A DNA stretch of 64,000 nt from Candidatus Eiseniibacteriota bacterium (GCA_041390305.1 JAWKQE010000014.1:100693-164692); one strand, 5' to 3'; positions 9,882-20,060 are shown, counted from the stretch's first letter. The notes: a model not told the origin generated them from the sequence alone. Translations and numbers: made by a program.

Positions 9882-10628
9882 ATGAAGAGACCTCTCGCTT
9901 TCTGGATCCTGGCACTGTTCCTCTTCCAGCTGGTCGCGCCCACTTGGATCCTCGCGCAGACCGCGTCCAAGTTCGAGGTCACGGTGAGTGCCAACTCCCT
10001 CAACGTGCGCTCGGGCCCGGGAACCGACTTCGGCGTCATCGATTCCGTGAAGAAGGGCGATCAGGTCATCGGCCTGCGTGAGGAGTCGGGCTGGGTCCAG
10101 GTCGAGCTCCCCGCCGGAACGATCGGATGGGTCTCGAGCAAACACGTCACGATCGGCGAAGCGATCACGGAGCCCGAGACTCCCGCCGTCCCGGTGCAGC
10201 CGACCGAACCGATTCAGCGAGAGCGACAGATGGATGCGATCCAGCCGAAGTCCCAGGGCGGGGGCTTCGGTGGCGTGCTCAAGTGGACGACGCTCATCGG
10301 CGCCGTCGCCCTGGGTGGACTCGCGTACCACGAGAAGACGCAGGGAGACGACACCTACGACGAGTACGAAGCGGCGGCGATGATGGATCCGCCCGACACC
10401 GAACTTGCGGATCAGAAGTGGAACGAGACGGCGGACCACGACGACAAGGCGCAGCTCTACGGAATCGTCGCCGGCGGTCTCTTCGGCCTCTTCCTCCTCC
10501 AGCAGTTCGTATTCACGGGCGGCGGAGACTCGGCGGACCTCCAGCGCCCGAACGAGCTTCCGGTCGGCCTCGCCTTCAACCCGAAGAACGGTGAAGTCCG
10601 CGCGAACCTGATCCAGGTCCACTTCTAG
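9882..10628 (+). CDS. SH3b-domain membrane protein
   Basis: Start at MKRPLAFWILALFLFQLVAPTWILAQT (signal peptide). A bacterial SH3-like segment follows (VSANSLNVRSGPGTDFGVIDSVKKGDQVIGLREESGWVQVELPAGTIGWVSSKHV). There are two later hydrophobic segments. Confidence 0.65.
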   Translation: MKRPLAFWILALFLFQLVAPTWILAQTASKFEVTVSANSLNVRSGPGTDFGVIDSVKKGDQVIGLREESGWVQVELPAGTIGWVSSKHVTIGEAITEPETPAVPVQPTEPIQRERQMDAIQPKSQGGGFGGVLKWTTLIGAVALGGLAYHEKTQGDDTYDEYEAAAMMDPPDTELADQKWNETADHDDKAQLYGIVAGGLFGLFLLQQFVFTGGGDSADLQRPNELPVGLAFNPKNGEVRANLIQVHF

Positions 10629-10639
10629 GAATCGGCTCC

Positions 10640-11440
10640 TTGAAGCCGCCCCTCTTCGAGACCTCTCTCGCCGACCTGCGGGAGAGGTTTCTCGTTCGTG
10701 GCGAGCCCTGCTCCCCGCAGACCCTCGGCCGACTCCGTCAGGACCCGCGCAAGGGCGTGCAGACGCTCGCCGAGCAGCTCGCGCGTCGGGCCGCCCGCGA
10801 CCGCGCGGAGACACGGCGGATGGACGACCTCCTCGCCTTCGAACGCGAGCGGTGGAACGCGGGCATCGTCCGGATCGCGGGAACGGACGAAGTCGGCGTC
10901 GGCCCCCTGGCGGGACCGGTCGTCGCCGCCGCCGTCATCCTGCCCAAGGACGCCCGGATCGAAGGCGTCAACGACTCGAAACAGCTCCGGCCCGAGCAAC
11001 GGGAAGCGCTGTCTCTCGAGATCCGGGAGCGAGCCGTCACGTTCGCGTTCGGCGAAGCGAGCCTCGAGGAGATCGAGCGGATCAACATCCGGAACGCGGG
11101 CTTCCTCGCGATGAGGCGCGCGCTCGAAGCGCTCTCCCCCGAACCCGAACTCGTCGTGATCGACGCCCATCGTCTCGATGGGCTGCCCTGGCCGCAGGAA
11201 CCGGTCATCAAAGCCGACGCGTCGATCCACTGCGTCGCGTGCGCCTCCGTACTCGCCAAGGTGCACCGCGACGCCCACATGGTGGAGATGGACCGTCTCT
11301 ACCCCGGATACGGGTTTGCGGAGCACAAGGGCTACGGCTGTCCCTCTCACCTCGAGGCGCTGAAGCGGCTCGGCCCCTCACCGATCCACCGGGCGGGTTT
11401 CCACTGGGCCGGGCGCCAGCTCAGCCTCTTCGGTGATTGA
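10640..11440 (+). CDS. rnhB: ribonuclease HII (with N-terminal extension; start uncertain)
   Basis: Catalytic core GTDEVGVGPLAGPVVAAAVIL, NDSKQL, VIDAH, ADASIHCVACASVLAKVHRD, GYGFAEHKGYG. The TTG at 10640 is the ORF-track start and has no clear SD. Confidence 0.85.
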   Translation: MKPPLFETSLADLRERFLVRGEPCSPQTLGRLRQDPRKGVQTLAEQLARRAARDRAETRRMDDLLAFERERWNAGIVRIAGTDEVGVGPLAGPVVAAAVILPKDARIEGVNDSKQLRPEQREALSLEIRERAVTFAFGEASLEEIERINIRNAGFLAMRRALEALSPEPELVVIDAHRLDGLPWPQEPVIKADASIHCVACASVLAKVHRDAHMVEMDRLYPGYGFAEHKGYGCPSHLEALKRLGPSPIHRAGFHWAGRQLSLFGD

Positions 11441-11531
11441 CGCCGCCGTCCGCCGAATCTCTTCGAATCGCATGTGATGCGCGTCGGGTGCTCGGGTCTA
11501 CCCCTGGGACGACAACTCCAGGAGGTAGTCC

Positions 11532-14500
11532 ATGCGTACGAACGATCCCCACCCCGGACTCCGTCCGTTTCTGCCCGCCGCCATCGTCCTCGTGGCGGCG
11601 TTCGTCTACTGCTTCTTTCCCGCGTGGGGACCGCACACCGGCGCATGCCTCCGTTTCGTTCCGTCCGCTGAAGGCGGGCCGCAGAGCGGACCGCAGAGCG
11701 CAGCCGGACTCCAGAGGCGCAAGCGGGCCGGACGAGCTCGCGGGTGGACCTCCGATTGCGGGCCGGAGCCCGGCACGCCATCGAAGCACGTGAGTACGAG
11801 GTATCGCCGGAGGGAACCGGTCTTGGAGCCCGGAACCGGCACAGAACCTACGCATGCACTTCGCGTCCACCGGCCTCGAGGTTCGTCCCCACAGAGCGAC
11901 GCGGCTCGCAGACCTGGCGGACGGAGTCGATCGGCCGACACGGCGCTGACGCCGCTCGCGGCGGTCGCGCCTCGTCCCGACGCCCACCGAGTCGAGTACG
12001 AGCGTCCGGCGCTGCTCGAGTGGTACGAGAACCGTCCGGACGGAGTCGAGCAAGGGATTCCGGATCGACGCACGCCCGTCGGGCGACGGCGATCTTCGGA
12101 TCGAAGGACGCCGGGACGGCGATCTCACGGCAGAGTTTGCACCGGGAGACGAGGCCGTCGGTTTCGTCTCCGGTTCCGGCGTCCGTGTGCTCCAGTACGG
12201 CGGCCTTCACGTCACGGACGCGACCGGCGCCACGCTCCCGTCCTCGCTCGGTCGAAGACGACACCGTCACACTTCCATCGATGACGGGAACGCGGTCTAC
12301 CCGATCCTCGTCGACCTGGTCCTCACCACGCCCGACTGGACGTGGAGTCCAACTACACGGGAGCCAGCGTCGGCTGGACTGTCGCGACGGCAGGAGACGT
12401 GAACGGCGATGGATACAGCGACCTCCTGGTCGGGACGCCACGGTACGACGGCGGTTCGGTGGAAGAAGGCGCGGTCTACCTCTCTTACGGCGGCCCCGAC
12501 GGCCCCGCGACGGCCCCGCCTGGGCGATCGAACCGACCTCGCCAACGCCTGGCTCGGGTACTCGATCTCGACGGCGGGAGACGTGAACGGAGACGGATAC
12601 GACGACATCCTCGTCGGCGCCCCTCACTTCGACCTCGGCGAGTTCGCGGAGGGCATCGCGGTCCTCTTCTACGGCTCGGCCTCGGGCCCCGCGCACACCG
12701 CGGACTGGTACTACCAGTCGAACCAGGCATCCGCCTACTTCGGAGACTCCGTCGCCTACCTCGGCGACGTGAACCGCGATGGCTACGACGACATCGCCGT
12801 CGGCGCGTATCGCTACTCGAACGGGCAGTCGAACGAAGGGCGGGTCTACGCGTTCTACGGCTCCGCAACGGGGATCCCCACCACGCCGAGCTGGACGGCC
12901 GAGGTGAACCAGGCCGGCTGCTACTGCGGATCCGCCGCCGCGGCGACGAACGCGGACGGATACGCGGACCATCGTCGGAGCATCGAACTACATCACCGGG
13001 AGCACGATCGGCGCCGCCTTCCTCTACCACGGAACGGCGAGCGGTCTCTCCGGCCCGAACCGGATCCTCTCTTACGGCGACGACGACACCTTCATGACTG
13101 CGTCGCGGGCGCGGGCGACGTGGACGGAGACGGCTACGCCGACGTCCTGGTCGGCGCGCCGAACTACGACATCGGCCTCTACACCGGCAAGGCGTTCTGA
13201 GTCCGGGATCGTCCACCGGCGTGACGGCCGATCCGGTCTGGGAGTACGAGGGCGAGAGCACGTACGCACACTTCGGCGCGACGCTCGGCACCGCGGGCGA
13301 CGTGAACGGCGACGGCTATGCCGACGTGATCGTCGGCGCCGATGAGTACTTCGGGAGATCTCGAAGAAGAAGGGCCTACCTCTTCTATGGTCACTTCACC
13401 GGCCTCTCCGCGGAACCCGCCTGGAGGACGGAAGGCAACATCGCCTTCGCGTCCTTCGGAACCTCCGTCGCCACGGCGGGAGACCTGAACGGCGACGGAT
13501 TCAGCGACCTCGTCGTCGGCGCGCCGTATGCGACGAACGGACAGTCGAGCGAAGGGATGTTCACGTCTACTTCGGCTCGAGACGGATTCCCGGACCAGCC
13601 CCCGGCTGGGTCACCGAGGCGAACCGGACCCACACCCACTACGGCTACTCCGTCGCCGGCGCGGGCGACATCAACGGAGACGGCCCGACGACGTCCTCGG
13701 GCGCCCCGCAGTTCGACAACGGCGAGGCTTTCGAGGGCGCGGCCTTCCTCTTCCTCGGGTCTGAAGTCGGTCTCAACGCCATCCCTTCCTGGTATGCGGA
13801 AGGCGCACCAGGAGAACGCGTCCTCGGCTGCTCCGTCGCGGGCGCGGGACGTCAACGGGGACGGCCTCGAAGACATCCTGATCGGCGCGGACAACTACAC
13901 GCACCTGGCCACGCGCGAGGAGCCGCCTTCCTTCTGGCACGGCTCCGCTACTGGAGCGCCGGCCGGCGGACCGGTCGGGAGCTTCGCCACGGCGGACTGG
14001 AAGACGTATTGCGGCCAGATGGAGGCGGGCTACGGATTCTCGATCGTCCGCCGGGGACGTCACCGGGGACGGCCTCGCCGACGTCATCGCCGGTGCCTCT
14101 ATGGCTACGACAACGGCCAGACCGACGAAGGCGCGGCGTACGTCTACCTCGGCACAGAGGCAGGTCTCTCCACGACCCTGCAACTGGTTCCACGACTGTG
14201 ACCACGCGGACGCGTACTACGGAGTCTCCGTCGCGTCGGCGGGGGACTTCAACGGGGACGGACTGAGTGACGTCATCGTCGGTGCACTGAGATACGACCA
14301 CCCGACCGTGGGAGAAGGTGCAGCGTTCGTCTACCTCGGCTCACCCACCGGCGTGCTGCCGAGCGTTCTACTGGTACGCCGAGAGCAACGAGGGAGAACG
14401 GCAACCTCGATACTCGGTCGCCGGTGCCGGAGACATCGACGGCGACGGGATCGGCGACGTCGTCGTCGGCGCACCGGAAATGGACGCACCCGCGGTCGAC

Positions 14501-15657
14501 GGCGGTCGCGCGTTCGTCTGGTACGGCGCGAACCCCGCGCCACCCAACGGAAACCCGACGAACGCGGCGTGGTCCGCGGGCCGGAACGAGCTCGGCGCCT
14601 GGTTCGGCCGGAGTGTCGCGGCCGCGGGAGACGTCAACAACGACGGATACGCCGACACTCATCGGCGCGCCCCTCGACACCGCGCCGGGGAGTGCGTACG
14701 AAGCGGAAGGCACCGGTGTTCGTCTACCTCGGCTCGGCTGACGGGATCGGGGTCGGCGCCGCGGACTGGTACGGATCGGGAACGAGCGACGGTTCGCGTT
14801 ACGGATGGGGCGTCGCCTGCGCGGGCGACGTGAACGGCGACGGTGCGAGCGACATCATCGTCGGAGGCCATCGCGCGAACAACGGACAGGCCGAAGAAGG
14901 ACGAGCCTATCTCTACTACGGCAACGGCGGCCGCGGCCTCGCCCGGCTCCCCCGCCAGTGGGAGACCGACCTCTCGCAGCCGATCGCCCCGCTCGGCCGC
15001 TCGAACGAGCCGGACGAGTTCGGCATCCTCGCACGGCTCCGTACACCGGAAGGACGCGGCGTCGCGCGTCTCGTCACGGAAGTGGAGCCTGCCTCGGGTT
15101 CCTTCGACGGACTCGGCACGTCCGAAGGGGCGTGGCGGCGGACCTCGGTTCCGACGGCGAACGGAGGCAGTTACGTACTCGAAGGCCAGGTCGTGCCGGG
15201 CCTCGCGAGCGGCACGCTCTACAAATGGCGTTTGCGGTTCGAGTCGAGGAACCCGTTCTTCCCCCTTTCCCCCTGGCTCCATCTCTCGTCCAACGGCGAA
15301 ACGGAACCTGACCTCCGTACGTTCGGAGTCCCGTCCTACGTGGGTGACGACACGGAGGGTGACGGAGGCGCCAACGCGTCCGGGCTCGCGCTCGGAGCGC
15401 CTTCGCCCAATCCGTTCCGTGCGGCAACCCGCATCGCCTGGAGCCTGTCGTCGCAGGGCGAAGTTCTCCTCACGGTGCACGACGTGACCGGCCGTCGCGT
15501 CCGCACGCTCGTGGACGGATCGGCGGAAGCCGGCGCATGGACCACGGAGTGGAACGGAGAGGACGAGAGCGGACGCTCCGTCCCCGCGGGCGTGTACTGG
15601 GTCCGTCTGCGCAGAGGCTCGGCGACGGACGACACGAAGGTCGTCCGGCTCGATTGA
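11532..15657 (+). pseudogene. FG-GAP (integrin-alpha-like) repeat surface protein with T9SS-type C-terminal domain, disrupted by many frameshifts
   Basis: ATG 11532 has AGGAGG 6 nt upstream and a signal/TM peptide (MRTNDPHPGLRPFLPAAIVLVAAFVYCFF). Protein-like segments hop between all three + frames:
- AIEAREYEVS (~11760)
- AQNLRMHFASTGLEVRP (~11835)
- RVEYERPALLEWYENRPDGVEQG (~11990)
- FRIDARPSGDGDL...LQYGGLHVTDATGATLP (12064-12250)

Fourteen GD(V/I/L/F)(N/D/T)xDG(Y/L/F/I/A)xD cores follow at ~12393, 12577, 12763, 12949, 13114, 13296, 13479, 13664, 13848, 14053, 14242, 14428, 14627 and 14824, spread over different frames. The last ~950 nt are in one frame and end in ...PNPFRAATRIAWSLSSQGEVLLTVHDVTGRRVRTL...GVYWVRLRRG...VVRLD. 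Confidence 0.75.
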
Positions 15658-15719
15658 AGCGACGATCGCCCCGCCGGGGCGTGCTCGACGCACACCGGTG
15701 GTTCGAGTCGACGCCCCCC

Positions 15720-15754
15720 GATCGGCCCTCCCCCGCCCATGGGGAGGGCCGATC
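15720..15754. other. perfect 14-bp inverted repeat (stem-loop) downstream of the FG-GAP gene
   Basis: GATCGGCCCTCCCC (15720-15733), 7-nt loop CGCCCAT, GGGGAGGGCCGATC (15741-15754). No T-tract follows, so a terminator role is uncertain. Confidence 0.5.
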
Positions 15755-15838
15755 CGCGCCCCACGGGCGGAGCCGATCCCCGCCGCACGGGAGGAGCCCG
15801 TCCGCGCCGCTTGGGTGGAGCCCGCTTCTCCCACGTCA
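15743..15838. repeat. degenerate 24-bp tandem repeat, about 4 units, upstream of kbl
   Basis: Units are ggagggccgatccgcgccccacgg / gcggagccgatccccgccgcacgg / gaggagcccgtccgcgccgcttgg / gtggagcccgcttctcccacgtca. The first unit overlaps the right arm of the 14-bp hairpin. Confidence 0.6.
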
Positions 15839-15906
15839 CCCAGCCTGGTACAGTCGCCGGTCCTTCACCCCCGGAAGGGGTGGAGCGACGAGGAGGCCGT
15901 ACGCGC

Positions 15907-17100
15907 GTGTCCCAAGCATTCCAAGCACATCTCGCGAGCGAACTCGCCCGGATCAAGGACGCGAGTTCCTACAAGACGGAGCGTGTTCTCCACTCGCCGC
16001 AATCGGCCCACGTCGCACTGGGTTCCGGCGAGGCCCTCAACCTGTGCGCGAACAACTACCTCGGTCTCTCGAGCCATCCGGCCCTCATCGAGGCGGCAAA
16101 GGCAGGCCTCGAGCGATGGGGCTTCGGCCTCTCCTCCGTCCGTTTCATCTGCGGAACACAGGACGTGCACAAGCAGCTCGAAGCGGCCATCTCCCGGTTC
16201 ATGGGCTACGAGGACACGATCCTCTTCGGCTCCTGCTTCGACGCGAACGGCGCGCTCTTCGAGGCGATCCTCGGCCCGGAGGACGCGGTCCTCTCCGACG
16301 CACTCAACCACGCCTCGATCATCGACGGGATCCGGCTCTCGAAGGCACAGCGCTTCCGGTACGCACACTCCGACATGGCCGACCTCGAGATGCAGCTGAA
16401 GGAAGCGTCCGGCGCCCGTCACCGACTCATCTTCACGGACGGGGTCTTCTCCATGGACGGAGACGTCGCGAAGCTCGATGAGATCTGTGCGCTCGCGGAG
16501 CGCTACGACGCCATCGTCGGCGTCGACGACTGCCACGCCACCGGCGTTCTGGGTGAGACGGGCCGCGGCTCGGGAGAAGCGAAGGGCGTCCGCGACCGGA
16601 TCGCGGTCGTCACCGGAACCCTGGGCAAGGCGCTCGGCGGCGCTTCGGGAGGCTACGTCACCGGCCGTCGCGAGATCGTCGAGATCCTCCGGCAGCGCGG
16701 CCGTCCCTACCTCTTCTCGAACGCACTCATGCCGGCGATCGCACATGCGTCGATCCGCGCGTTCGAGTTGGTCGACCAGAGTCCTGAACTCCTGCGCACG
16801 CTTCGGGAGAATGCCGCCTACTTCCGCAGTGGACTCACCGACGCGGGATTCCGAATGCCGGCGGGCGACACCCCGATCGTCCCGATCCTGATCGGCGACG
16901 CCGGGAAGACGCAGGCCATGGCGGAGGCGATGCTCACGGAAGGGATCTACGTGATCGGATTCAGCTACCCGGTCGTCCCCGTCGGACAGGACCGGATCCG
17001 GACGCAGATGTCGGCCGCCCACTCCCGCGAGGACCTGGACCGGGCAATCGACGCATTCACCCGAGTCGGCAGGCGGCTCGGAATCATCAGCGGCGTGTAG
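15907..17100 (+). CDS. kbl: 2-amino-3-ketobutyrate CoA ligase (glycine C-acetyltransferase)
   Basis: GTG 15907 lies about 10 nt after GAGGAGG and gives 397 aa. It matches the Kbl pattern (NNYLGLSSHP, GFGLSSVRFICGTQDVHKQLE, DALNHASIIDG, IFTDGVFSMDGD, TGTLGKALGG with the PLP Lys). Confidence 0.85.
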   Translation: MSQAFQAHLASELARIKDASSYKTERVLHSPQSAHVALGSGEALNLCANNYLGLSSHPALIEAAKAGLERWGFGLSSVRFICGTQDVHKQLEAAISRFMGYEDTILFGSCFDANGALFEAILGPEDAVLSDALNHASIIDGIRLSKAQRFRYAHSDMADLEMQLKEASGARHRLIFTDGVFSMDGDVAKLDEICALAERYDAIVGVDDCHATGVLGETGRGSGEAKGVRDRIAVVTGTLGKALGGASGGYVTGRREIVEILRQRGRPYLFSNALMPAIAHASIRAFELVDQSPELLRTLRENAAYFRSGLTDAGFRMPAGDTPIVPILIGDAGKTQAMAEAMLTEGIYVIGFSYPVVPVGQDRIRTQMSAAHSREDLDRAIDAFTRVGRRLGIISGV

Positions 17101-17230
17101 CGCAGAGCGCAGTGCCAAGCAGGGTCCGAAGCGCAATGCCGAGTCTGGTGGCGAACAGGGTCCGGAGCACAATCCCGAGCACGGACCAATGTGCGACACG
17201 CGGCCGGTTCCCGACCTACGAGGAGACGAG

Positions 17231-17662
17231 ATGAGCGACCACTTCCCCCTCCACGTGGACATCGAGCCCCGCTTCCGCGACACGGACGCGATGGGACACG
17301 TGAACAACGCGGTCTACGTGACCTACCTCGAAGTGGCCCGGCAGGAGTACTGGCGTCGGTTCTGGACCACCGGCTACTCGACCGTCCCGTTCGTGATGGC
17401 ACGGATCGAACTCGACCTCCGGAGTCCCGTGAAGCTCGGTGAAGTCGTGCGCGTCGAACTCCGCACGGACTGGATCAGCCGGAGTTCCTTCGGCATGAGC
17501 TACCGGCTCACCGAGACGACGACGGGCCGCCTCGTGGCCGAAGCCAGGACCGTCGCCGTGACATTCGACTACGAAACCGAAACGTCGATGCCGGTGCCGG
17601 AGGAGATCCGGCGGCACTTCGTCGAGATCGAAGGACGCGAGCTGCCCGGAAAGCCGGCGTAG
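17231..17662 (+). CDS. acyl-CoA thioesterase, 4HBT/YbgC-type hotdog fold
   Basis: ATG 17231 follows GAGGAGA. The motif RFRDTDAMGHVNNAVYVTYLEVAR is typical of the YbgC/4HBT family. Confidence 0.75.
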   Translation: MSDHFPLHVDIEPRFRDTDAMGHVNNAVYVTYLEVARQEYWRRFWTTGYSTVPFVMARIELDLRSPVKLGEVVRVELRTDWISRSSFGMSYRLTETTTGRLVAEARTVAVTFDYETETSMPVPEEIRRHFVEIEGRELPGKPA

Positions 17663-17671
17663 CGGCGGTGA

Positions 17672-19105
17672 TCAGGCCTTCTCCCCCGCGTACCGACGAA
17701 CGTACTCGAAGTCGATCGGCTTCCCCTTGATCCCCTTGGAGGGCGGAGCGAGCCAGTTCGCCATCTTCCCGACTTCCATCACCGGCGCCATGAGCGACGC
17801 GACGTACTGCTGGTCGGCATCCGACGGCAGCCAGCCGCTCTTTCTCGCGTCGTAGTCCTGACGCGAGAGGATCCTTCCGTCCGGTGCGATCGGCATGTCC
17901 TGGAAGACACCGATCTTCCGGTTGAATCCGACGGAAGGCAGCGTGAGCGTGAAGTCGATCCCCGCGGACTCGATCGCCCGGTTCCACTTGTCGACGCCGC
18001 GCTGGCAGTCCTCGGCATAGCTGTCGCGAAGGACGGTGTTGAGCGCGTTCCGCATCGGAACGTGCTCGTCCACGATGTCGTCCGTACCCGGCTTCGGCAC
18101 CACGTACATGTCTTCCAGGATGACGTGGTTCTCGTACTTCTTCATTTCGTAGGCGCGGCCCTTGAGCCCGGCGCCGAAGTACGCGGCCGCATTGCTGGAG
18201 ACCTCGCCGCCGAAGAGGTCGAGCGAGGTCGAGAACCAGAAGTTGAGATAGCGCTGCACGAGCGGGAGGTCGATGCCGCCGAGCGCACGCACGTCTTCGG
18301 TCTTGGACTCCTTCATGAGTTCACAGGCCCGCTGGACGACGCGGAGGACGCCCGTCTCGCCCACGAACATGTGGTGCGCTTCCTCGGTCAGCATGAAGCG
18401 GGTGGTCCGCGCGAGCGGGTCGAACCCGGACTCGGCGAGAGAGAGGAGCTGGAACTTGCCGTCCCGGTCCGTGAAGTAGGTGAACATGAAGAAGTGGAGC
18501 CAGTCCGAGATCGGCTCGTTGAACGCGGAGAGGATGCGCGGCTTGTCCGGATTGCCGCTGTTCCGGAAGAGGAGCGCTTCGGCCTCCTCCCTCCCGTCCC
18601 GTCCGAAGTAGTTGTGGAGGAGGTAGACCATCGCCCAGAGGTGACGGCCTTCTTCCACGTTCACCTGGAACAGGTTCCGGAGGTCGTAGAGCGACGGGCA
18701 GGTGTGACCGAGCAGACGCTGCTGTTCGACGGACGCGGGCTCCGTGTCCCCCTGCGTGACGATGAGCCGCTTGAGTGCGTTCCGGTGCTCGCCCGGCACC
18801 TGCTGCCAGGCAGGCTCGTCCGCGACGTCACCGAAGCCGATGGTCCGTCCCTCGACCGGATCCGCGAGGAAGATGCCCCAGCGGTAATCGGGCATCTTCA
18901 CGTAGTCGAAGTGCGCCCAGCCGTCCGAGTCCGCGGAGATCGCCGTGCGGAGATAGATGTCGTCCAGCTGGAAGCCCTCGGGGCCCATGTTGACCCACCA
19001 GTTGAGGAAGTTCGGCTGCCACTTCTCGAGGGCGCGCTGGAGCTTCCGGTCCCGCTGGAGGTTTACGTTGTTCGGGATCTTGTCGTAGTGGTCGACTGTG
19101 CTCAC
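17672..19105 (-). CDS. boxB: benzoyl-CoA 2,3-epoxidase (benzoyl-CoA oxygenase) component B
   Basis: Strong resemblance, from memory, to Azoarcus BoxB: IPNNVNL, LQRALEKWQPNFLNWW, VTQGDTEPASVEQQR, LYDLRNLFQVNVEEGRHLWAMVYLLH, FMLTEEAHHMFVGE, NFEYVR-like tail. It is 477 aa, with a GTG start after GGAGAAG. Confidence 0.85.
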   Translation of the reverse strand: MSTVDHYDKIPNNVNLQRDRKLQRALEKWQPNFLNWWVNMGPEGFQLDDIYLRTAISADSDGWAHFDYVKMPDYRWGIFLADPVEGRTIGFGDVADEPAWQQVPGEHRNALKRLIVTQGDTEPASVEQQRLLGHTCPSLYDLRNLFQVNVEEGRHLWAMVYLLHNYFGRDGREEAEALLFRNSGNPDKPRILSAFNEPISDWLHFFMFTYFTDRDGKFQLLSLAESGFDPLARTTRFMLTEEAHHMFVGETGVLRVVQRACELMKESKTEDVRALGGIDLPLVQRYLNFWFSTSLDLFGGEVSSNAAAYFGAGLKGRAYEMKKYENHVILEDMYVVPKPGTDDIVDEHVPMRNALNTVLRDSYAEDCQRGVDKWNRAIESAGIDFTLTLPSVGFNRKIGVFQDMPIAPDGRILSRQDYDARKSGWLPSDADQQYVASLMAPVMEVGKMANWLAPPSKGIKGKPIDFEYVRRYAGEKA

Positions 19106-19245
19106 TGTCTTCTCCGTACGTCGAATCGCCTCGGGAGCGTGTTCCGCCCGAGCCGGGGGCGTGCGGATTTCGCCCCGCGAGGTTTCGCTGGCGGGCCCGA
19201 TTCCCTCAGGCCGCGGTATGGTCGTCCTTACGAAGGCGTATTGTC

Positions 19246-19277
19246 GGGGAATCGAGACCGTCCCGCCAGGGGAATCG
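19246..19277. promoter_or_regulatory. two direct GGGGAATCG repeats in the boxB/slyX divergent region (candidate operator or promoter element)
   Basis: GGGGAATCG occurs at 19246-19254 and 19269-19277, with an inverted copy CCGATTCCC at 19197-19205. The second copy fits GGAAT-N18-GTT (GTT at 19294-19296), which resembles an ECF-type promoter facing slyX. Confidence 0.25.
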
Positions 19278-19389
19278 GGCGGTGCGAACGGATGTTCCTA
19301 GAAGAGCGGAACGGCCAGATCGCAGCGGACACCGAGAGCGGTCCGGCGAAGCACGGCGGTTCCCAAACGGCGCTCGCCGGGGAGAGTCG

Positions 19390-19614
19390 ATGAGCACGAA
19401 AGACGATCTGGAAACGCGGGTGACACAGCTGGAGGAGATCTCGTCCCATCAGGAGCAGCTCCTTCGAGAACTCGATCGCGCCGTCTACGAAATGCGGACG
19501 GAACTCGACCGGTTGGAGAAGCTCTCCCGCCGACAGCAGGACCGGATCGAGTCTCTCTCGCGCGCGGCAGCCGGTGACGAAGCCCCGGTCGACGACCCAC
19601 CGCCACACTACTGA
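19390..19614 (+). CDS. slyX: SlyX family protein
   Basis: 74-aa coiled-coil protein (LETRVTQLEEISSHQEQLLRELDRAVYEMRTELDRL) ending in the PPPHY tail characteristic of SlyX. ATG follows GGGGAGAG. Confidence 0.75.
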   Translation: MSTKDDLETRVTQLEEISSHQEQLLRELDRAVYEMRTELDRLEKLSRRQQDRIESLSRAAAGDEAPVDDPPPHY

Positions 19615-20060
19615 AACAGATCGCCCTCGGCTCACGACGGTTCCCGCCCGTCGCACTCGGCAGTGAAGCCGAGGGGCTGTTGTCACGACGTCGGGTCCGT
19701 CTACTCCCTCGTCGAGCGACCGGACGAGTTCAGGCGCACCGAGGGGTGGTGGACCGGAAGCCAGCAACTCTTCGGCCCCTTCCGATCGGACGCACCGCCG
19801 GACGAACTCGAATCGACTGAGTTGTATCCGCCAGACGCGTCGCCTCGGCCAAGTTCCGACCAATAGACCCCGAAACAACGCTTTAGAGAAAAATCACTGG
19901 TTTGGGAAACCCCAAGGTGATCCACTCCGCCAGATACGGAATCGCGTCCTAGGTGAACAATCGTCCGGTTGTTCCGAGGGGCGCGGACGGGGCGCATCAC
20001 GGGTCGCGGGGAGTCTGGAGGGATTCCGGATCGCCACCCGAGAAGGAACTCACCTCAACG

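Noticed and set aside
15695-15725. tRNA-like T-loop (GGTTCGAGTC).
   Set aside because: The flanking bases do not form a T-stem (GGTGG against CGACG), and no acceptor or anticodon arms can be drawn.
19663-19866. 67-aa ORF (GTG start) between slyX and the secreted protein gene.
   Set aside because: It has moderately high GC3 but no SD, no recognisable motif and no partner gene. That is not enough to call it.
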